Source: Minisyncoccota bacterium (GTDB lineage: Bacteria > Patescibacteriota > Minisyncoccia > Phycocordibacterales > JABAAK01). Taken from it: DNA of 50,132 bases. Below, in pieces: positions 1-8,378 of the stretch. Below the pieces are notes generated by a model. The model saw nothing but the letters and a program-made list of their open reading frames with translations, made no database searches and was not told where the DNA came from. The stretch lies in the NCBI GenBank assembly GCA_958295675.1, contig OY282360.1, forward strand, positions 1 through 50,132, read 5' to 3'. Both the position numbers and the translations under genes were made by a program. Every line of letters starts with the position of its first letter. The stretch's first letter is position 1.

Positions 1-387
1 AAGTGTGCTGCAAATGCCGTAAAAAATACGGGCAAAACGAAACCATCGTGTTGAAAACAGTGTCATAAGTGCGGCAAGCAGCGTACAGAAAATAAAGAAA
101 TAGGGGTTGTCGGGGATGGCGATTAGATACAGAAGGACGGCACCGACAGCAACGGCACACACATAGTACTTCACTTTCACACTGCGAAATGTGTCATAGA
201 TAAGCGGAATAGCAACGAGAAAACCGGATATCACCTGAAGTAAGGTGGTTTGGATATCATGGGACAAACGATCAAACGACACATCATACACAAAAATATC
301 AATAACGAGTGATGCCACACTTGCCGCAAAAAAGATTAAAAAAACTAGCGCGCTGATTGAACGAACAAGTGTACCGGACATCTGCAT
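1..387 (-). CDS. Hypothetical integral membrane protein, 3'-truncated by the window edge
   Basis: Hand translation of the minus strand from ATG (complement of 385-387) gives MQMSGTLVRSISALVFLIFFAASVASLVIDIF..., which stays open to position 1 and is strongly hydrophobic. It is absent from the ORF track because no stop lies inside the window. Confidence 0.5.
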   Translation of the reverse strand, partial: MQMSGTLVRSISALVFLIFFAASVASLVIDIFVYDVSFDRLSHDIQTTLLQVISGFLVAIPLIYDTFRSVKVKYYVCAVAVGAVLLYLIAIPDNPYFFIFCTLLAALMTLFSTRWFRFARIFYGICSTL

Positions 388-433
388 ACCGCCACTATAC
401 CACGGTGATGATGTCACCGATTACAATCTATCG

Positions 434-2533
434 CTATATATCCAGCGTGGCATAGGTGGCGTTCTCCTGAATGAATGTCTTTCTCGGAGCAACCTCGCTG
501 CCCATAAGCATATCAAATGTTTTATCGGCGACTTCGGCATCTTCAATGGTTACGCGCTTCAAAATTCTATTTTCCGGATTCATAGTGGTATCTCTGAGTT
601 CTTCGTAATTCATCTCACCGAGCCCTTTATACCGCTGTACAAATATGCCGGATGGGTTTGCCGCTCCCTCTCCGACCGCTTTCTCCGCGGTGTCAGCATT
701 CTCATTCGCTTCCGCTTTCGCTGTTTTTCGTTTTGAAAGATCCTGTATGAATGCATCCCGCTCCTCATCCGAAAACGCATACCGCTCCTCCTTCCCTTTT
801 TTCACCTTATACAAAGGCGGCTGTGCAAAGTAAATATTCCCATTTTCAATAAGAGGTTTAAAGTGCCGGTAAAACAGAGTGAGCAACAGGGTGCGGATAT
901 GCGCGCCGTCCACATCGGCATCGGTGGCAATAATAACCTTGCCGTACCGCAATTTTTCTATATCAAACGACTCGCCGATGGAAGTGCCGAGCACGATAGC
1001 AAGCGATTTAATCTCTTCGGAGGTCATCATTCTATCTATGCGCACTCGCTCCACATTCAGTATCTTGCCGCGCAGCGGAAGTACCGCCTGTGTGCGGCGG
1101 TCGCGTCCCTGTTTCGCGGTGCCGCCCGCTGATTCCCCCTCCACAATGAAGAGCTCAGATTCATCCCTGCTTTTTGACTGGCAATCACCAAGCTTGCCGG
1201 GAAGCGTGCCGACATCAAACGCGCTTTTCCGCAGCACGCTGTCTTTCGCCGCGCGCGCAGCTTTTCGCGCTGTCAGCGCAAGGGTCGCTTTGGCAACAAT
1301 GTTTTTGGCATCCGCAGGATGTTCTTCCAAGAAAGCACTGAATGCGTCGCTGAAAGCGGTCTCCACGGCAGAACGCGCCTCAACACTTCCCAACTTCGCC
1401 TTGGTCTGCCCTTCAAACTGAATTTCCGGCAATTTAACAGAAATAACCGCAGTAAGCCCTTCCAGCACATCATCTCCGGTAAAACTGTCTCCTTCTTTAT
1501 TTAACTTTTTACTCTTGGCATAAGAGTTAATGGTGCGAGTAAGCGCGGTTTTGAATCCTGTCACATGTGTGCCGCCTTCAGGATTCGGAATAGTGTTCCC
1601 GAACGCAAAAATACGGGACGATATATCATCCACATATTGCAGTGCCACCTCCACACCGACATCGCCAACCTGTTTTTCTGTATAAAAGATGTGTTGATGA
1701 ACAGGTTTCTGCCTATTGTTATGGTGCCGCACAAAGGAAGTGAGACCGCTGTCGTAGAAGAAAGAATAAGTCGGTGCCGTCGGAATCTGTTGGTGTATAA
1801 ATAGTGATTCGGAATCAATGGTGCCGACAGCGCAATCACGGGCATCCACGATACGCACATGCATTGATTTAACAAGATAGGACTGGCTGCGCAGGTGATC
1901 TTTAATACGATCCGGTGAAAAGACATGTCCGTCAAAAGTGGTGGTGGTAAATGTTGTCTCATCGGGACGAAAAGTGATGACAGTGCCGTGCTCGCCGGTT
2001 TTGCCCAAATTCTTCACCTTGACGACCGGTTTGCCGAAATGGTACTCCTGATGGAACACTGATCCGTCACGATGCACAGTCGCCGACACCTCTTTGGAAA
2101 GCGCGTTGACAACAGAAACACCGACACCGTGCAATCCACCGGAGACGGAATAACCGCCCTCACCGAACTTACCTCCCGCGTGCAGTGTGGTCATGATAGT
2201 TTCAAGCGCGGACACCTTTGTTTTCGGATGCGTGTCAGTCGGAATACCGCGTCCATTGTCAGCAACCCGCACGGTATCGTCAGGCAATAATACAATCTCT
2301 ATCTCATCCGCATGACCGCCCATCGCTTCATCACGAGAGTTATCAAACACCTCCCAAACAAGGTGGTAGAGACCGTCGGTACCGGTGGTGCCGATATACA
2401 TACCCGGGCGGCGACGCACCGCCTCAAGCCCCTCAAGCACGGTGATATCACTCGCGCTATACTTGCCGGTACTTTTCTTTTTTGACGATCCTGTCGCTGT
2501 TTTTTTTACTGTCTTCTTCTTTGCTGTCGCCAT
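434..2533 (-). CDS. gyrB: DNA gyrase subunit B
   Basis: ORF 434..2656. I chose the internal ATG at 2533 (MATAKKK...) because the upstream extension is junk-like. GHKL ATPase motifs are present (LEAVRRRPGMYIG, GGLHGVGVSVVNALS), as are Toprim EGESAGG and PLRGKILNVE and the C-terminal YKGLGEMN. Confidence 0.95.
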   Translation of the reverse strand: MATAKKKTVKKTATGSSKKKSTGKYSASDITVLEGLEAVRRRPGMYIGTTGTDGLYHLVWEVFDNSRDEAMGGHADEIEIVLLPDDTVRVADNGRGIPTDTHPKTKVSALETIMTTLHAGGKFGEGGYSVSGGLHGVGVSVVNALSKEVSATVHRDGSVFHQEYHFGKPVVKVKNLGKTGEHGTVITFRPDETTFTTTTFDGHVFSPDRIKDHLRSQSYLVKSMHVRIVDARDCAVGTIDSESLFIHQQIPTAPTYSFFYDSGLTSFVRHHNNRQKPVHQHIFYTEKQVGDVGVEVALQYVDDISSRIFAFGNTIPNPEGGTHVTGFKTALTRTINSYAKSKKLNKEGDSFTGDDVLEGLTAVISVKLPEIQFEGQTKAKLGSVEARSAVETAFSDAFSAFLEEHPADAKNIVAKATLALTARKAARAAKDSVLRKSAFDVGTLPGKLGDCQSKSRDESELFIVEGESAGGTAKQGRDRRTQAVLPLRGKILNVERVRIDRMMTSEEIKSLAIVLGTSIGESFDIEKLRYGKVIIATDADVDGAHIRTLLLTLFYRHFKPLIENGNIYFAQPPLYKVKKGKEERYAFSDEERDAFIQDLSKRKTAKAEANENADTAEKAVGEGAANPSGIFVQRYKGLGEMNYEELRDTTMNPENRILKRVTIEDAEVADKTFDMLMGSEVAPRKTFIQENATYATLDI

Positions 2534-2728
2534 ATATACCCCATAGTATATCACAAAATTCAGATAGTTTACGACTCTAAAACCACCCCCTTTTTTGCGC
2601 AGACCGAGGAGGGTCATAACAGGATAGAAGGGACATACTGCGTAAAACCTCTTCACCCACTCCGCCCATCTCGTCGTAGGAGTATGAAGACAAGGACAGT
2701 GCGTTTTCCCACTCTCTATCTTTCATAT

Positions 2729-3313
2729 TTACAAATCTAACAACACTTGACTTTTTCTCAAATCTGGAGAAACCCATTTTTTTTCTTTCAAGTGTGTTAA
2801 GCAAACAACAGCCCCGAACTCGGAAAATTTTTTGTAGAACTCAGATTCTTTATCACCCCAGTACACAATTGCACAAGCCATGGGTGCTCCCTTGTCATTA
2901 TCGCCGTTTGTGAATTTGAGCCTGGTGTCGGACAAGAAACACACGCTGTTTGCTTTCCCAAAAATATACTCTTTCCAATGTCTTGTATTCACTGCGACAG
3001 GTATGAGGGCGAGAATTTCACTATTGTTTTTTTCATTTGTATCGCAACACCTCCTAATCCAATCCTTGATTGATGTATTGCTTCCCCTACTGATTCCGTA
3101 AGGCGGATTAACATAGATGGTTTTAAAATCCCAAGTATCAAGTAAACCATTATGTTGGGGAAGAGTATATTCAACCCTCGCATGTACAATAGAGTGTTCG
3201 TTTGAACAGGGATCTAGGTCTATTTTGCCAAAAAAATTTCTTACAGCATTGACATACTTTGGTGGTGTACACCAATCTTTCTTATCTGTAATTATGTTTC
3301 TACCTGCAGTCAT
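2729..3313 (-). CDS. Phage-type Dam-family DNA N6-adenine methyltransferase
   Basis: 194 aa with WCTPP, DLDPCS and the catalytic NPPYG motif, in the order typical of the small phage Dam family. The gene starts 4 nt downstream of the preceding ORF. The segment is AT-rich. Confidence 0.8.
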   Translation of the reverse strand: MTAGRNIITDKKDWCTPPKYVNAVRNFFGKIDLDPCSNEHSIVHARVEYTLPQHNGLLDTWDFKTIYVNPPYGISRGSNTSIKDWIRRCCDTNEKNNSEILALIPVAVNTRHWKEYIFGKANSVCFLSDTRLKFTNGDNDKGAPMACAIVYWGDKESEFYKKFSEFGAVVCLTHLKEKKWVSPDLRKSQVLLDL

Positions 3314-3317
3314 ATTG

Positions 3318-4463
3318 TTACCAATTCTTTTTTGAGAGAATGGTGATTTGTTTTCTTAATCTTTTAACTGTCAAGTCCTTTGGAGATATCACATATAGCC
3401 ATTTTTCAATCTTGTTTCTATTTTCTCTGAAGTATTCTTGCAATAGAAAATCTGCTTTCTGATTCATTTGCACTTTCGTGAACTGATTCTGTCTCTTTTT
3501 ACCACCTTTTCCGATATCATAACTGTCCAAGAAAGCTTTTTGAACAGGTTTATACTTTTTAAGAGGATTCAGAAGAAGTTCATCAATGAACATTGCCAAT
3601 CCTCCATCGGTTAAAAATACCAGCCAGTCATATGAACAACTCAAAACCAATAATTCTTTATTTGGATTATCAGAGGTAAACCAGTTGCCGTGATTACTTA
3701 CCACACCGATGGTAAGAATAATATTTTCATACATCTTCCTATCATCACTGTCAATAACCTCCTTTAACAACTTTTTAAACTCCTTGAAAATAAATTTACC
3801 ATTTACAGGTAACGCACCGCACAAAACACCATTCTCATTTCTTATTTTTTGCAATGATGATACTGATTTAGCAACATATGCCCCCTGCTTTGCTTTTTCA
3901 ATTGTTTGCGGACCTTTTTTCATTCCTTCTTCTACACCGACTCTTTTGCACTCTAACATTGCGAATGGTTTCTCCATTTGTTCTATAATTTCAATCACCA
4001 CCTCTTTTTGATTGTCCTTCTTTATAAAAGCAACAAGGACCCTATCTTGATTTTTTGCAAGAACACAAGCATTTTTAACCACTTCTTGAGTTGTTAAAAG
4101 TGATGAGTTTTTTACTTCATATTTTTCCCAAGCATTCTTTTTAATAAGACCGTCTTTTTCTAATGCTGCAAAAATCTTCTTTGTTGTAATCGGCAGTTTC
4201 TTTTCAATTGAAATCTGAACCTTCTTACAAACAGGGTGTATACTATATTCAACATTGTGAGAAATTTTATCGTTAGAATATTCTGCAAGATGTTTTTCAA
4301 TCCTCATACTGCTTTCAAAACCCCAATCTTTTATCAAATAAAATGTGATTATCTCAACCAAAGTTCCCAGAGCTCTTCCAGATGCTTTTTTTGCATCTTT
4401 TGTGTAATGAAAGATATGTTCAGCAAGTGTCTTTTGCAATTTATCTACGGATGGATATGACAT
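3318..4463 (-). CDS. Putative type II restriction endonuclease (PD-(D/E)xK-like), partner of the Dam-type methyltransferase
   Basis: 381-aa ORF immediately upstream of, and co-oriented with, the methyltransferase. It has a candidate E-x-K motif (AMLECKRVG). I recognise no other family signature, so the call rests mainly on context. Confidence 0.5.
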   Translation of the reverse strand: MSYPSVDKLQKTLAEHIFHYTKDAKKASGRALGTLVEIITFYLIKDWGFESSMRIEKHLAEYSNDKISHNVEYSIHPVCKKVQISIEKKLPITTKKIFAALEKDGLIKKNAWEKYEVKNSSLLTTQEVVKNACVLAKNQDRVLVAFIKKDNQKEVVIEIIEQMEKPFAMLECKRVGVEEGMKKGPQTIEKAKQGAYVAKSVSSLQKIRNENGVLCGALPVNGKFIFKEFKKLLKEVIDSDDRKMYENIILTIGVVSNHGNWFTSDNPNKELLVLSCSYDWLVFLTDGGLAMFIDELLLNPLKKYKPVQKAFLDSYDIGKGGKKRQNQFTKVQMNQKADFLLQEYFRENRNKIEKWLYVISPKDLTVKRLRKQITILSKKNW

Positions 4464-4648
4464 AGTAATTTCTTCTGAATTTTTACCTTACATTCATAAA
4501 GTATCAAGTCCTTTATGTACTTTTAGTATACCATTTTAGTAAAATGTTAAATTGATTATTAATCTTGTTCTCTTCTTCTAGAAAGATTTTTCTTCTTTTT
4601 AGATATTTTTACTTTTTTAATGAGTTATTAAAAGTATATAATACATGC

Positions 4649-5254
4649 ATGATACCAGATTTTCCAAAAGTAAAAGAGAAATTAAAATCTTCACTTAACA
4701 TTTTAATGAAACAAGAAATGGTGAAAAAATCACCACTGCTTTCTTTGATGGCTCTCAGACAGGTTTATGAAGGTGATAAAATGGGTATTTTGCGTGAAGA
4801 TGGGAAACATGAAGTGAATCATTTCAATGAGGTTTCATCTGAGGCGTCAATTTCTGCTGAACAGATGCAGGGATTATCTTCTGGAGATATGCAAAATATT
4901 TTCTCCGATATATCTACTAATATGGCATCTCAGGTTGAGAAAGGTATAATGCAATCAATTGAAAAAGGTGCTGCTGATGGTGGAAATGAAATAGCCATAC
5001 CGAAAATTGATCAAAATCTTATACTTGAAAGCATGAAGAGTATAAAAATTTATTTTCATAATGATGATAGAAACAAGCCATCAGAACAGGCAATTATTAC
5101 AGAATATCCGGCTGTTTTTGAGATATTAAAAAAGATTAAAGGAAAACAGACGCAAGAAGAAAAAGAAGAGTTTGAAAGAAGAAGAGAGGAAATTCTTGAT
5201 GAAAAATACAAAGAACATATGTCAGATCTTGAATCAAGAAAAATGGTTGATTAA
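4649..5254 (+). CDS. Hypothetical protein (201 aa) with a charged, coiled-coil-like C-terminus
   Basis: ORF 4565..5254. The first ATG in frame is at 4649 (MIPDFPKVKEK...). It is divergent from the RM pair, and its stop lies 4 nt before the next ATG. No motif recognised. Confidence 0.55.
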   Translation: MIPDFPKVKEKLKSSLNILMKQEMVKKSPLLSLMALRQVYEGDKMGILREDGKHEVNHFNEVSSEASISAEQMQGLSSGDMQNIFSDISTNMASQVEKGIMQSIEKGAADGGNEIAIPKIDQNLILESMKSIKIYFHNDDRNKPSEQAIITEYPAVFEILKKIKGKQTQEEKEEFERRREEILDEKYKEHMSDLESRKMVD

Positions 5255-5258
5255 TTAC

Positions 5259-7019
5259 ATGACTGAAAATGCTACAAAAATCAACAAATTTAAATTGTTT
5301 TGTGAACGGATTTTCAGAAAATTGTTCCACGCAAAAGGTGGCAACACCATTACGATCGGTGCTAGTGTTGACAAGATAATCACTTCTCCGCACAACGATC
5401 CCTTTTTACAAAGAGTTATTGAGCACTGGTTAGATTCAGTAAATGAACTTGGTTATCAAGTCTTGTTTTGTGAATGGCTTTTATTTCAAGGATATGCTGT
5501 CAAGTATGAAATAAGGAATCCTAACTTTGAACAAGGAAAAGATGTTGTTGCAGTTGATTCTGCAGGAATACCTCACGCATATCAACTAAAAGGTGGAAAT
5601 ATAAGCTTGCATCGTTGGCGCACAGAAGTTAAACCAGAAATTGAAGTATTGATTGGAGCCCCCATTATTCATCCTGGTGTAGATAGTTCTAAAGGTCATG
5701 TGTCATATTTGGTAACAAATGGAAATATAGATGACAGTGTAAGAGTGGAGATAGACAGTTTAAATCGTGGAATATGGAAAGAGAAACCGCTTAAGATTTT
5801 TTTGAGAGGGGATTTACTGCAAGGATTTCAAAAAATTGCCACTGAAGTTTTGCCTCAAGACGCACAGGCATATAGAACCCTCACCAACCTAATTTTTGTA
5901 GACGGCACTAGTTTTGTTGACCTAAAAGAAATATATCCCTTTCTATGTCAAATACTTCATATCAATGATCAAAAAAGGTCGATGGAACAAAGGAAAAGGG
6001 ATATATCTGCTGCAATTTTATACACAACTATGATTATTGGACCATATAGAGAGAAAGATAACTATGTCTCTATGATTAGGGTTATGGTTCTATTGCTGTC
6101 ATTAATTCTTTACCTGACTGATAGATATAATCTTCAAGAAAAATATTGGTTAAAGTCATATAATCTTGTGTGGGGTGATATTTTAGATACGGCAAAAAAA
6201 CTAGAGTCCGAAGTGGAAAGTAAGGGATTTACTGCACCTCTTATTGATCCTTTTGATAAAATTGATTTACCATTTTGCCCCGGTGTAAATTTAATGCTAT
6301 TCCGCAAACATGTCACCGCATCAATGATCTTTTCGTTTAAAATGTCTCAAATTATTAGTGGTGATTTTGATGTAGAAGATGTTTTGCAAAATGCGGTGTT
6401 TGATAAATATAAAAACATTTCACTCACATGGGGTGAGGCGAGTTTTTTGCCAGTCATGTTCCTTGCGTTGATGTGTGTATCTACTGAAAAAAATAAAGAA
6501 AATGGGATTACTTTAATGGAGTTTATCGTTAATGAAATATTAAAACATAATGGCAGAAACGCGGAAAATTCTATAGGTTTATTACCTCCATTTTTTGATT
6601 TAAATTTTCTGGCCGATAAAATTTCTGGTAATTTGGAAGAGCCGCTTGACCATCAAGGTAAACATCATTCATATTATATAAAACCAGTTCTAGAAATAAT
6701 GACGCGATTAGATCAGAAAGATTTTATATCTAAACAATGGAGAGAAATATCATTCATGTTTTTTGAAGAATTTATATTTGATCAAAAATTTGATTATTAC
6801 TTAATGCGTTCAAAAAAAGGGGAAAATAGAACAATCGTTCCAAAAAAAGAAAAAAGTTGGAAAGAGTTAGTCGGTGAATCAAATTCTTTTAATGGTAGCA
6901 CTCTGCCAGATTCAATAAAAAGATTTCCTGAATTTATACCTTTTTTCCTTTGTGTATTTCCTCATAGATTAAACTCCGATGTGCTTGGCTTTCTTTTTCA
7001 AAAATTGCAGGAAAAATAA
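5259..7019 (+). CDS. Hypothetical 586-aa protein: N-terminal Mrr-like PD-(D/E)xK nuclease signature plus a large helical C-terminal region
   Basis: ORF 5172..7019. I chose the ATG at 5259 (MTENATK...), just after the upstream stop. The N-terminus reads FCEWLLFQGYAV...GKDVVAVDSAGIPHAYQLKGG...SYLVTNGNIDDSVRVEI, which matches the E / D / (Q)xK / TT-S pattern of Mrr-type restriction folds. Confidence 0.65.
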   Translation: MTENATKINKFKLFCERIFRKLFHAKGGNTITIGASVDKIITSPHNDPFLQRVIEHWLDSVNELGYQVLFCEWLLFQGYAVKYEIRNPNFEQGKDVVAVDSAGIPHAYQLKGGNISLHRWRTEVKPEIEVLIGAPIIHPGVDSSKGHVSYLVTNGNIDDSVRVEIDSLNRGIWKEKPLKIFLRGDLLQGFQKIATEVLPQDAQAYRTLTNLIFVDGTSFVDLKEIYPFLCQILHINDQKRSMEQRKRDISAAILYTTMIIGPYREKDNYVSMIRVMVLLLSLILYLTDRYNLQEKYWLKSYNLVWGDILDTAKKLESEVESKGFTAPLIDPFDKIDLPFCPGVNLMLFRKHVTASMIFSFKMSQIISGDFDVEDVLQNAVFDKYKNISLTWGEASFLPVMFLALMCVSTEKNKENGITLMEFIVNEILKHNGRNAENSIGLLPPFFDLNFLADKISGNLEEPLDHQGKHHSYYIKPVLEIMTRLDQKDFISKQWREISFMFFEEFIFDQKFDYYLMRSKKGENRTIVPKKEKSWKELVGESNSFNGSTLPDSIKRFPEFIPFFLCVFPHRLNSDVLGFLFQKLQEK

Positions 7020-7117
7020 TAGGGTTTCAAGATTTGTTAGAAAAATAAATAAAAGGGTCAGACATCAGACAAAAGGGGAAAGTGGGATCCACCTTTCTAT
7101 AAAGAACAATAAACCCT

Positions 7118-7690
7118 CTATTCCAAGATATTTCCTAAAAAACTCATACGGTGTATGGAGCACGGACCGTGCGTCCGCACCGCATCCCGATGTTCACGCG
7201 TGCCGTACCCTTTGTTACGTTCAAATCCGTATACACCGAATTTGTCAGCGAAATCAACCATAGCGGCATCCCGATCCACCTTGGCAATAATAGACGCAAA
7301 TGCAATAAGCGGATGCTTTTCATCGCCTTTCACAATGTGGGTTGCGACATGGTGTTCCGGCAATGGAAGTCCGTAATCAGAGTAGACATGCGATATAGTG
7401 TTCATTCCTGACAATACCTCTCCGGATGCGCGTTGCAATGCTCGCGATATACCGATACTATCAATAGTTGAGGCACTGACAGAATACACACAAAAACGCA
7501 GAGTATCTCGCAAACTTAACGCGTGCGCTGCCCATTCCTGCCGCTTCGCCGGTGAAAGTTGTTTTGAGTCCCGTATACCGGCAAGCAAGTCCTCCGGATC
7601 ATCATCAGACAGCCACTGCACTGCGCATACCGTCACAGGACCAGCGAGCGGACCCCTGCCAACCTCATCAATACCGACTGTATGTTTCAT
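7118..7690 (-). CDS. rnhB: Ribonuclease HII
   Basis: ORF 7118..7849, with the internal ATG at 7690 chosen (MKHTVGIDEVGRGPLAGPV...). The DEVGRG catalytic motif and the KGDEK..ASI.AK region are typical of RNase HII. Confidence 0.9.
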   Translation of the reverse strand: MKHTVGIDEVGRGPLAGPVTVCAVQWLSDDDPEDLLAGIRDSKQLSPAKRQEWAAHALSLRDTLRFCVYSVSASTIDSIGISRALQRASGEVLSGMNTISHVYSDYGLPLPEHHVATHIVKGDEKHPLIAFASIIAKVDRDAAMVDFADKFGVYGFERNKGYGTREHRDAVRTHGPCSIHRMSFLGNILE

Positions 7691-8378
7691 GCGATCAGTG
7701 TACCGCACAATGATAGATATATTGAAAACCAAAAATTGGAAAAATGAGAGTGAAAATTTTTTTCTCACTAAATTAAATTTTGAAAATGAAAAAGAAAATA
7801 ATTGTCCCTGATGATATTGTTGTTGATTTTGATGATAATAGAATAACAAACACCATCTTACTCCTAAAAAACATTAGTAATGATTTTTTGCAAGTGATAT
7901 TTTACTCACTATAATTAACCGAATTAGGGTGGAAAAGATAGGTTTTTTAGGTGTGGATAGATAGGGGTAAGGATATAATGATATAATACAAAGTAGGGTC
8001 GCTTTATATGCTTGATACGAAAAACTTTGGAAGTTCAAAATATACTAGATTCTTTATTCTTTTACGACCCAACAATGAGAAAAATTGATTTTGATTAAAT
8101 TAAGGAGAGCATTAAGGAAAAAGGCAAGAATCTTGGATTTAATTTTTTTAAGATGATTTTTTACTCACTATAATTAACCGAGTTAAGAAAATTAAATATA
8201 ATAGCTGTCAATTATATGGCTAATAGGATTAGAATGACAAAAAATATAAGGGATTTCTAATAAAATCTTTAATGATTGATGTGGATAGGTATGGGTAGAT
8301 AACACTAAATCTTAGATTTGATAAAATCTTGTCTTGATAATTTTTTAAAGATTAACAACTTAAAAACAGAAATATAAC

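Noticed and set aside
245-736. 163-aa plus-strand ORF overlapping the gyrB 3' end
   Set aside because: It lies antisense to a strongly supported gyrB reading frame and has a junk-like composition. The real upstream neighbour is the minus-strand membrane ORF at 1..387.
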